Virus record (IMG/VR): IMGVR_UViG_3300042860_004240
Span: 1-64,000 of that record
Direction: 5' to 3' (one strand)
DNA from: a virus
Lineage: Duplodnaviria > Caudoviricetes
Length of the DNA: 64,000 nt
Numbering within the stretch: position 1 is the first letter of the stretch; each line of letters opens with the position of its first letter. Of the stretch, positions 7,362-15,722 are shown one piece after another. The notes beneath the pieces were generated by a model. It was not told the DNA's origin. It worked only from the letters and a program-made list of their open reading frames with translations, and did no database searches. The position numbers and the translations under genes are program-made.

Positions 7362-8264
7362 GTGACTAACAATAAAGCCGATCTACCCTTACGGGTTAAA
7401 GAAGCATTAGTACTCTCCCTAGAAATGACTTATAAAGCATTATTACAGGAATACTATACAAAAAATGTTTTTACGGGCCGAACCCATACAGATAATGCGC
7501 AGCCATCTGATACGGCTCAAACATACGACCTTATTATATTAATAGAACATATGATTCAAGCTTTAGCTTACAAACCAAAGGAACAAACCATTATGAAAGC
7601 CACGTACAACAATTCCCAAATTGAAGGTACTCCAGAAGAAATAGCAGCATTCTTTGCTGCCATCTCGACTAAGAAACAAGACACTATTGAAGAAACCAAC
7701 CGGTTAATCAAGAAGACTCAAATCGACAAAACATACCCTCCTACAAAGCGTGATCCTAACTACTACGATAAGATTAAGCCAGCACAGACTTACACTGATA
7801 CCAAATCAAGTGTAAACTTTACTAATCAGCGCAATCTTATCCAAGCAGCTATTAACACGCAACCTCAACCAGAAACATTCTTTACCTATCCAGTAAATCC
7901 TACTACTGAATTCGAAATAGATCCTGCAGCTGAATTATTCCTAAATAATTTATTCTACTACGAGCCATCTAGAACCTCTAGCACTGGCCGAGGAGCATAT
8001 GTAGCTAAGATCCTATTAACCAATAGGGCTTACACAGTAAAAGATCTTAAAAGAATCAGTCTTGCTAAGACTCAATCTGTCCGCAAGACAATAGAAAGAA
8101 TGACACGAGCAGGATGCACATTTGACATTTCAGCTCCTAGAATGGGAGACAAAGTAATAGTAAAAATGACCTCTATGGGTACCATAGAACAAGCTATTGC
8201 AGTCTACCATGCTACAGGCAATAACAATACACCATTGCCTAATCTCTTTCAACAAGAGCAATAA
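7362..8264 (+). CDS. Hypothetical protein, possible C-terminal winged HTH
   Basis: YTVKDLKRIS..KTQSVRKTIERM pattern; internal ATG with RBS near 7593 could be the real start. Confidence 0.6.
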   Translation: MTNNKADLPLRVKEALVLSLEMTYKALLQEYYTKNVFTGRTHTDNAQPSDTAQTYDLIILIEHMIQALAYKPKEQTIMKATYNNSQIEGTPEEIAAFFAAISTKKQDTIEETNRLIKKTQIDKTYPPTKRDPNYYDKIKPAQTYTDTKSSVNFTNQRNLIQAAINTQPQPETFFTYPVNPTTEFEIDPAAELFLNNLFYYEPSRTSSTGRGAYVAKILLTNRAYTVKDLKRISLAKTQSVRKTIERMTRAGCTFDISAPRMGDKVIVKMTSMGTIEQAIAVYHATGNNNTPLPNLFQQEQ

Positions 8265-8273
8265 TATACATTT

Positions 8274-8418
8274 TAATGTATTGCTGCGAAGTCTACAGGA
8301 GATGCGTCCTTCCTCCTTTGTATAGACGCGTACCTCCCAGTTACATGAGCCCACGTTATTCTATGCCCCCCGTATAGAATGCTCATGGATCTCCTGTAGA
8401 CCTCGTGGCAATACATTA
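8274..8418 (+). ncRNA. Candidate anti-Shine-Dalgarno small RNA
   Basis: 30-nt closing stem (29/30 paired) enclosing two hairpins and exposed CTTCCTCCTTT and TACCTCCCAGT. Confidence 0.7.
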
Positions 8419-8438
8419 TCCAATAAACAAAGGAACCC

Positions 8439-8855
8439 ATGGCAACTATTAAAGTGTATCACGTACAGGCAATCGATAGACTTTTAGGCAATCTCGAAGC
8501 TTTAAACTCTAGCAGTTTATGCGATAGATTATCCTATTTGCCTACCGTAGAATTTACAAAGATATGCTCGTTTCCTCTCCAATGGAGAATGTCTGATGAA
8601 GACATCTTGGACGAAGCATTCGCTGTAACAAATTCTGCCTCCTCATTTGATCATTTAAATGAGTGGTACAAATCCCTACAAAAAACTCATCAATTTTATT
8701 CTGGTTCTGCCGGCGATATTTACATACTAGAAGAATTAGATTCTCCTCCTCGAGGATACCTCGCATTATTTTCAGGATGGCAATTAATTAACATTAATCC
8801 TATCGAAAAAATGCTATCACAATCCCTCGAATGTGATATACTTCTTCCATTGTAA
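8439..8855 (+). CDS. YodL-like domain protein
   Basis: S.S.GDI...YL...GW pattern. Confidence 0.5.
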   Translation: MATIKVYHVQAIDRLLGNLEALNSSSLCDRLSYLPTVEFTKICSFPLQWRMSDEDILDEAFAVTNSASSFDHLNEWYKSLQKTHQFYSGSAGDIYILEELDSPPRGYLALFSGWQLININPIEKMLSQSLECDILLPL

Positions 8856-8958
8856 AAACTCAAAAATTGTTGAACTACTTATTTTATATATGTTGCGATA
8901 ATTTTACTCTATTATATATATATGTTTGTAACGCATTATTTCAAAATACACACAAAAC

Positions 8959-8988
8959 TTGAAATAGTGACACAATCCATGCTATAAT
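8959..8988 (+). promoter_or_regulatory. Sigma70-type promoter, extended -10
   Basis: TTGAAA-N18-TATAAT with TG before -10. Confidence 0.55.
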
Positions 8989-9024
8989 ATATATACCCTT
9001 ATATAAGATAATAGGAGAAATAAA

Positions 9025-9273
9025 ATGGCTAGAACACCAAAAAAAACTCTAGTATTACACGATTATATTAATAATCATACTGGAGATAAAGTTACTGTAA
9101 AACAACTTTCAGAGATTGCAGATTGTACAATACAAAATGTGTACGTATATCTTCGTACAAATCCTGATCGTTTTGAATCAATGGGTAAAGGAATTTACCA
9201 AATATTGGCTTCAACAGATACTACATATAAAGTTAATAATATTGACATTAAAGAAATAGACGGTACTATTTAA
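9025..9273 (+). CDS. Winged-HTH DNA-binding protein
   Basis: VTVKQLSEIADCTIQNVYVYL...GKGIY. Confidence 0.65.
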   Translation: MARTPKKTLVLHDYINNHTGDKVTVKQLSEIADCTIQNVYVYLRTNPDRFESMGKGIYQILASTDTTYKVNNIDIKEIDGTI

Positions 9274-9521
9274 GGAACCATTTAGGAAATTTGTAATTTA
9301 TAAATGTTAAATGCCTTCATATAAGGCAGGGGTAAAACCTTACTAACAAAGTAAAAAGTGTTATCGACAAAAAAAAAGATAACACACTGAAACGTGAAAT
9401 TAGGATAGCAACTGCCAACCAGGCATCTTTGCAATATTCAATTTCGCACACCTGCACAAATGCTAATGACAATGATAGAAAACCATCATCGTCAAAACCG
9501 AGTACAAGGAGCGTAAAAAGA

Positions 9522-10394
9522 ATGATTACAAAATCATACTTAAAATTAATAGGAATAATAATAACGGCTACTTCAATAATACTTCCAACCTCACCAGCTT
9601 CGGCTCGTGAATCGGAGGTTCCTAGACGTAGCTTACCATCTGTTCAATTAACTGAAAGTCCTACTAAATGGACTAAAGTAGAATTTAAGATGGGTCCCTC
9701 TACAAAATATTGGGACAAAGTTGCCAAATGTGAAACTAATTCAGATTGGCAAGATGGTGGTAACTGGGGAGGTGGACTAGGCATAGCCTTATCTACATGG
9801 AAAGGTTATGGCGGTTTGGAGTTTGCTCCTAAACCTGGTCAAGCTACAAAGATTGAACAAATCGTTGTAGCTAACCGAATAGCAGTATTCGGATATCAAA
9901 CTAAAGATACTTATATTACTTTAGAAGATAGATTAGCCAACAAACCATTCTACAGACCACCTGTAAGTTTCTATGGATGGGGTTGTATTAAGAATAATAA
10001 TTATCTTAAACCACCTAAATCCACAACTTACTCAGTTAAACTCCCAGTAGGAGAACAATATTATTGTCCTCAATACGAACCAATATTCCAAAAATATGCT
10101 TTGCCAGCCAAAGTATTTTCCTACATTGCTTGGCGTGAATCTAGGTGTAATCCTGGAGCCGTCAATGCAGTATGGGAAAATGGACAACTCGTTTGGACAC
10201 TTAATAAAAACGGATCATATGATTCAGGTTTACTACAAATTAACTCTTCATGGTTTAAAACATTAAAAGTACAATTAGGACATACACCTGAAGATCTAAT
10301 GAACCCATCAGTTAATGCTTTATTTGCCAGCTGGATCTTACACTTCTCAAGTGGAAGACTATCTAATTGGAGTCTTAAAGCACTCCCTGCATAA
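9522..10394 (+). CDS. Secreted tandem lytic transglycosylase (Rpf domain plus SLT/lysozyme-like domain)
   Basis: Signal peptide; WDKVAKCE..GGL...STW..YGG..A..AT..EQI (Rpf); RESRCNP.A.N..D.GLLQIN (SLT); start set at ATG 9522 after AAGGAG. Confidence 0.85.
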   Translation: MITKSYLKLIGIIITATSIILPTSPASARESEVPRRSLPSVQLTESPTKWTKVEFKMGPSTKYWDKVAKCETNSDWQDGGNWGGGLGIALSTWKGYGGLEFAPKPGQATKIEQIVVANRIAVFGYQTKDTYITLEDRLANKPFYRPPVSFYGWGCIKNNNYLKPPKSTTYSVKLPVGEQYYCPQYEPIFQKYALPAKVFSYIAWRESRCNPGAVNAVWENGQLVWTLNKNGSYDSGLLQINSSWFKTLKVQLGHTPEDLMNPSVNALFASWILHFSSGRLSNWSLKALPA

Positions 10395-10414
10395 AAATAA
10401 TTACTTCGCTATCT

Positions 10415-10448
10415 AGCGCGTTAGGACTTCGGTCTTAACGCGCTTTTT
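10415..10448 (+). terminator. Intrinsic terminator
   Basis: AGCGCGTTAGGAC-TTCG-GTCTTAACGCGCT then TTTT. Confidence 0.85.
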
Positions 10449-10479
10449 AGTTTGTATAAACTCATACAAAGAACCTAGA

Positions 10480-10556
10480 TCCCAGGGACCCGTTTAATCG
10501 TATACGGGAAAAGAACCGACGCCAGCTCGGCTTCAGAAATACGATAGCTGGCTTTT
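10480..10556 (+). ncRNA. Candidate kissing-loop/pseudoknot RNA
   Basis: Hairpins CCCGT/ACGGG and GCCAGCT/AGCTGGC with complementary loops ATCGTAT/ATACGAT. Confidence 0.55.
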
Positions 10557-10588
10557 ACAATATTCATATTATAACAAAGGAAAACACA

Positions 10589-11029
10589 ATGCTCTTATCA
10601 ATGATGCTAATTTTAGCAGTCACTTCATGTGCACTAGAACTTATGCTTGCTGCTAAAATTCCAGCATGGCGTAGACTATCAGCCAAATCCCCACTATTCA
10701 ACCTAGTTAACTCTCTTGCCATCTCATTCGTAATGGGTATGGCATTCGGAGCTTCAGGCTTAGTTGCAATGGGTGCAGGCGTTATCTCTACTATCTTGTC
10801 AGTACCAGGCTATCAGTTCCTTAAATGGAACTATGATACACCTAAAGCTATGGCTTTGCCTGAAAAAACTCGCGTCAAACACGAAGCAGTTAAAGTAAAG
10901 AAACTAAGCAGTGATCTTTACACTTTAGGTAAAGGAACTGCTAAAGTAATTACCATACCCGTATGGTTGCCAAGAGATTATATTTATAATCCAAGCAAGA
11001 AAATATACAAAAAATTCAAATCACTATAA
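10589..11029 (+). CDS. Membrane protein
   Basis: About three hydrophobic segments. Confidence 0.75.
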   Translation: MLLSMMLILAVTSCALELMLAAKIPAWRRLSAKSPLFNLVNSLAISFVMGMAFGASGLVAMGAGVISTILSVPGYQFLKWNYDTPKAMALPEKTRVKHEAVKVKKLSSDLYTLGKGTAKVITIPVWLPRDYIYNPSKKIYKKFKSL

Positions 11030-11041
11030 GGAGAAATTATA

Positions 11042-11296
11042 ATGAACGTTATGTACAATCTAGGAAAAATCACTCGTAAATCCGGCAAGTGGGGACTAAT
11101 GCTTCCAGCAGTAGTACTCACAGGAACAGCTTATGGCATCGCAAGAGGCTCTAAGCGTCTTGTTAAAGGCACTACAGTAGCCAGCACAATCGTAGGTGTT
11201 ACAGCTTATAACTCAGTTAAAGATGTAATTAAAACACCTGTAGATAGTGCTAAGCTATTTATCGAAGATGCTCAAGACAATATCAATCAAGAATAA
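11042..11296 (+). CDS. Hypothetical membrane-associated protein
   Basis: RBS AAGGAGA; hydrophobic stretch. Confidence 0.65.
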   Translation: MNVMYNLGKITRKSGKWGLMLPAVVLTGTAYGIARGSKRLVKGTTVASTIVGVTAYNSVKDVIKTPVDSAKLFIEDAQDNINQE

Positions 11297-11304
11297 TAAA
11301 CATA

Positions 11305-11673
11305 ATGTTTAATAAGATATTACATTTTGTGAAAAAATTCTCTAAAAAATCAAAGTTTGTTAATTTTGACGATTTAGATTATTTCTATTCAATATGTTCT
11401 GAAACTTATTTCGAAAGATGTTTAATAGAAAACAAAAAACCCACAGTTAACCCTGTGCTATTTGAAACCATGGATAAATATGGTAGAACATGGGAAATCA
11501 ATGGCCCTGCCAGTGATGACAATGTCAATGTTTATATGTGGGTAATCTCTCTAAAAGATTACCCATTCCATGAAGATACAAATTCTTATCCACCTAACTT
11601 TATATTCAAAGACAATTTGGCATTACAGCCAAAAGGAACTTGCTTTAAAGTTAAAGTAGATACAATTGTATAG
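11305..11673 (+). CDS. Hypothetical protein
   Basis: ORF in operon. Confidence 0.6.
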   Translation: MFNKILHFVKKFSKKSKFVNFDDLDYFYSICSETYFERCLIENKKPTVNPVLFETMDKYGRTWEINGPASDDNVNVYMWVISLKDYPFHEDTNSYPPNFIFKDNLALQPKGTCFKVKVDTIV

Positions 11674-11745
11674 TAGTAATCTAATTAATTCTATATAATT
11701 CATACAAAGAAAAAAACTGCATTTACATCCATTAAGGAGGAAGTA

Positions 11746-14301
11746 ATGTTCGATGCATACGCACCCAAAACTCGTATGGTTGCCCATAAAGGGGGACCAC
11801 TACGAAGTGTAGAAAATTACCAATATGGTTTTTACGATATTGGTCCACTACGGGATCTTCTGAACTCAGACGATCCTGAAATTGACGATATTCAAATAGC
11901 GGCAATCCCTGTCCCTATGACTACTCACGAATATAACATAATCGAATCTATCGCACGACATCCACGTATTTCATACGCTGTTGTAGATAAAGATAAGATT
12001 ATGTTTGTTCGAGTTGGCCAGAAACGTGGATGGCTAACAGCCCTTAACGAAGCAGGCTTTAAAGTAAGTGGTGGTTCTAAAACACCTAAACGCGCTAAGC
12101 AGCTTCACCGTCCTACTTTGCTCAATGCTAAGTTTGACAACATTAATGTTTATATTGCCGACTCAACACAATTTAGTGATTATGATTTTGTTAATCCAAA
12201 TGAAGAAGTTCCTTCATGGATGCAAGATCCAGAAATCACATCTAGATTGTTAGATGGTGCCTTTGTTGTATCCTCTCGGTTACATTACAAAGCTATAAAC
12301 AATATACCTGTATATAATCCCAGCAATTCCACTGATCCATTAGACTATTATTATGATGGTCGCGTTCGTTCTGAAATGATCGAAGATCTAAAGAAACAAC
12401 GTGCCTATAATGGTCGTATCATTGGCTCTATCGGCACTATCAAAGGTAATTACTTTGTTGCCGATTTGCCAGAAGGAATTGATGTAATAACATCTAAAGA
12501 AAATATCAAGACAGAATTATCTAATTCTAAATCCTGGTATCTAATCGCAGAACCTCAATGGGCTAAACCCCATGCATCTACAGATATTCAAACTTTAATC
12601 AACTTTCCTAAGTTGTTTAGAAAGTCTGATTTGGAGATGTGGCTTCGAGAAGAATACAAGAAAATATTCAACGACGTTACCAATGGTAAAATCTTATCTG
12701 ATTACAAGCGAATTTACAAACGCTTGTGGCAAGAAGATGAAGAAATTGATGACCAAGAGCTTCATGCTCGTATGACCTATGTAGGTCATCGTTGGGTAAG
12801 TATGGGATTTAGTGTAACTAATTCACCTTGGCTATTTAAAACATTAGCAGTATCACATGCTAAGCCTTTACAGAAACGTATTCCTGTCCCTTGTGCCGTA
12901 TATGAGCAGATTATTTCAGAATCTATTGCTCATATGGCTGGATGGGATGGAACCGTACAACAAGGAACTATCCGTCGTTGCACTAGCCTTGGAGTTCATA
13001 TCGTTAACGACCTTGATTGGTTGGAAATGTATGAATCCCATGGTGGCCACGACGCTGACGATTTCTTCAAACTATATTACCGCGAAGTAGAAAGCGGTGA
13101 TTTAGATGGAGAAAAAGTTGTAATCACAAACCGTTGTCCTAATGGTTATGGTGAGTATTCTATATTTAAATATGTAGACAACGAACCTTATCCTACTTGG
13201 ACAATGGCTGATGGAACTGAAGTTTCATTTCCTAAAATCAATGGACGCAAATGGCCCACTCGTTTGAGTGAAGCTATTCGCGGAAACTACGTAGTATATA
13301 CTGGACTACCTAGCGACAATAAGGAAACTAAAATTGAATATTCAGATGAATATTCTGTTGAAGATTTCCTAATGAACGTTAGAAACACTATGACTACAGG
13401 TAACGTTGGTGGTTATGTTAATGCTGTTATGTTACACAGCTTAACAATAAACCAACATCGTCCTGTCCAAATGTGTAGTCTAGAATCTGCTATTGACGGT
13501 TGCACCCAAACGGATGTGCCGGAAGACCGTAGAGCAATCGATATTGAATCAGAACTAATTGTTAAAGAAGTTCTAGAATCAGGCAAACCGATTGACCAAT
13601 GGTATTGGGAAACTAGAGGCTTTGCTAATCGTTACCGTGATCAAGATGTTACACTCTATGAAGGTAAAACAACTCAAGTAGCTATGCTATGCAAGAAATA
13701 TTTTGCAGAGTATTGCAAGAAAGTTGCAGAATGGGCACAAGAAAATGCTCGTCCTGTTGACGCTGTTGCAGCTATTGGAGAACGTTTAGTACTACATGCA
13801 CAAGCAGACATTCGTCGTTTTCGTAAAGAAATCTATGAAGCAAACACTGCACCAACGTCTAGTACTGGCAATATCCAACGAGAAACTTGGGAAATTCTAT
13901 ATGATAAAATATCATTTCATATAGATTCGTTTGAACGTGATGAAGATAAGCATGATTACATTATTGCTTTACTTCATTCGTCAATCAAATTCCCTACAAC
14001 TGACGGAATTGTTACTGATCAAATTGTAATGAATAGAACTATTTATCCATATTTAGAGCGTGCTCTAATATTCTATGGACTTGGTTCTCTTCTGAAACTC
14101 CACAAATCTCCAACTGGTAAACTAACTGTTGAAGATGTTGCTGTCTCTATGTGGGAACACATAGACGAAGACAATAACATCCATACATTTAATGATCCTT
14201 TAGATTATCAAAAGTTTCATCAACAATTTTCAACAATTCGACACACCGCGCCTCGGTTAGATTCCATCAAATCTGACTTGCGTGTATTAAACATTAAATA
14301 A
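11746..14301 (+). CDS. Putative single-subunit two-barrel RNA polymerase (YonO/cellular RdRP-like)
   Basis: Ordered motifs LDGAFVVS, GR..G..KG, GGHDADD, NRCP, GNVGGYVN, ESAIDG. Confidence 0.65.
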   Translation: MFDAYAPKTRMVAHKGGPLRSVENYQYGFYDIGPLRDLLNSDDPEIDDIQIAAIPVPMTTHEYNIIESIARHPRISYAVVDKDKIMFVRVGQKRGWLTALNEAGFKVSGGSKTPKRAKQLHRPTLLNAKFDNINVYIADSTQFSDYDFVNPNEEVPSWMQDPEITSRLLDGAFVVSSRLHYKAINNIPVYNPSNSTDPLDYYYDGRVRSEMIEDLKKQRAYNGRIIGSIGTIKGNYFVADLPEGIDVITSKENIKTELSNSKSWYLIAEPQWAKPHASTDIQTLINFPKLFRKSDLEMWLREEYKKIFNDVTNGKILSDYKRIYKRLWQEDEEIDDQELHARMTYVGHRWVSMGFSVTNSPWLFKTLAVSHAKPLQKRIPVPCAVYEQIISESIAHMAGWDGTVQQGTIRRCTSLGVHIVNDLDWLEMYESHGGHDADDFFKLYYREVESGDLDGEKVVITNRCPNGYGEYSIFKYVDNEPYPTWTMADGTEVSFPKINGRKWPTRLSEAIRGNYVVYTGLPSDNKETKIEYSDEYSVEDFLMNVRNTMTTGNVGGYVNAVMLHSLTINQHRPVQMCSLESAIDGCTQTDVPEDRRAIDIESELIVKEVLESGKPIDQWYWETRGFANRYRDQDVTLYEGKTTQVAMLCKKYFAEYCKKVAEWAQENARPVDAVAAIGERLVLHAQADIRRFRKEIYEANTAPTSSTGNIQRETWEILYDKISFHIDSFERDEDKHDYIIALLHSSIKFPTTDGIVTDQIVMNRTIYPYLERALIFYGLGSLLKLHKSPTGKLTVEDVAVSMWEHIDEDNNIHTFNDPLDYQKFHQQFSTIRHTAPRLDSIKSDLRVLNIK

Positions 14302-14303
14302 AC

Positions 14304-14373
14304 AGACTAATTCATACATAGGGCCTGGTATCTAAGCAATTAGATATCAGGCTTTATGTTAGTCTTTTTTTTT
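14304..14373 (+). terminator. Intrinsic terminator after polymerase gene
   Basis: ACATAGGGCCTGGTATCTAA-GCAA-TTAGATATCAGGCTTTATGT then T-run. Confidence 0.8.
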
Positions 14374-14532
14374 ATTAGTTAGGATATATTAGATGACACA
14401 ATTTCTAATTCAATTTTTTATTATTAGCCCACTCTTTGTGCTTGGCGTTATCGCTTTAAGCGGATTAGCTGTTGGCTTATTCGCTGTTAACGCTCAAATG
14501 AGAGAAGAGATTAAAGAAAGTGAAGGCAAAGA

Positions 14533-14907
14533 GTGAACACAATTATTCTTGAAAAGAATCAATATAGCGTAGAAGAAGCTATTAGATACCTAAATGAAAA
14601 TAATTTAGATGTCTTCGATCTTGCTTATTATCAAAAGTCTTTTACTCAAAAAGCAATCTACAAAACTGGTAAACAATTTAAAACTATTAAGTCTTTTATT
14701 GCTAAACCAGAAGTTAAAGCTACTGTTCTTATAGCTAATTGGTCAGCTTCTGCTGCATTGTTAATTTTAACAATGATATTTACAGCCAGTCCTGCTGTAT
14801 TTGCAGCTGCTTTATTTATTTTTATAGTTGAAACATATGCTGTTCTTGGAACAGCAGAATATGCCATTTCTTATGGCATGGCTTTAAGAATGCAAAAGGG
14901 TATGTAA
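14533..14907 (+). CDS. Membrane protein
   Basis: Two C-terminal hydrophobic segments. Confidence 0.65.
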   Translation: MNTIILEKNQYSVEEAIRYLNENNLDVFDLAYYQKSFTQKAIYKTGKQFKTIKSFIAKPEVKATVLIANWSASAALLILTMIFTASPAVFAAALFIFIVETYAVLGTAEYAISYGMALRMQKGM

Positions 14908-15527
14908 TGGCTCTATCTTTAGAAGAAAAAATGAAAAAGATTGTTCCAAATTACAGTAATGAAATTATTTCTATTCAAACTGCTTTTGAAAACTTAATAG
15001 TTAATGATAAAATTGTAAAACCATTTTTACTTATTTATGATGAACAAGACAAAAAGCCTTTAGTATCTTTTACTAGGGCTTGGCTTACAGACAACCCTGC
15101 AGATTATTTTTCTGCTATAGCTGAAATTTTGTTTATCATCCCTGCTATAAACACTAAGTCTTATATGTTAGCTATACATCCTAAGACTAACCCATTCTTT
15201 AACGCTAATAAATCTTATCCATTAATTTACGAAAATTCAATAATTCTATTTTCCATTAGCGAAGATTTTGCAGCTGCCGTAGAAATAGAATATGAACTTA
15301 AAAATAATTCTGTTTCTTGGAAAGAATCTAATTATATTGAAATTGTAGACATTAAAGATATCTTAATAGAAATCTTGTTTGTCTATTCTCACATAGATAA
15401 TCCACCATTTGAATATCTTCAAACTTTAGAATACTTATCTTCTAATGGATTTTCTGTTATGATTAACGATGAAACTTCTAAAGTTAATCTAAAAAACAAT
15501 CTATCAAAAGGAATATTTACACTTTAG
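14907..15527 (+). CDS. Hypothetical protein
   Basis: TAATG stop/start overlap. Confidence 0.7.
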   Translation: MALSLEEKMKKIVPNYSNEIISIQTAFENLIVNDKIVKPFLLIYDEQDKKPLVSFTRAWLTDNPADYFSAIAEILFIIPAINTKSYMLAIHPKTNPFFNANKSYPLIYENSIILFSISEDFAAAVEIEYELKNNSVSWKESNYIEIVDIKDILIEILFVYSHIDNPPFEYLQTLEYLSSNGFSVMINDETSKVNLKNNLSKGIFTL

Positions 15528-15722
15528 TAAATTAACAAACATGAAACTTAAAACTGTTACACAAATTGAAAATAATAAACAACTTAAATCAAATTATTAT
15601 GCTTCTAAACATGGTAACACTATTGTTTATTACAAAAAAATTAAGTTAAAATCTTATGATGAAAGAATAAAAGATTCTATCTTAATTGAGAATACATCTA
15701 CAGAAGAGGTTTAAAGAATATT

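Noticed and set aside
9429-9521. N-terminal extension of the Rpf ORF from TTG 9429
   Set aside because: RBS and signal peptide fit ATG 9522; the upstream part is a structured leader.
13093-13113. SGDLDGE as the polymerase catalytic DxDGD motif
   Set aside because: It ends in Glu and lacks the strand-helix-GG context seen before GGHDADD; kept only as a weaker alternative pending a structure model.
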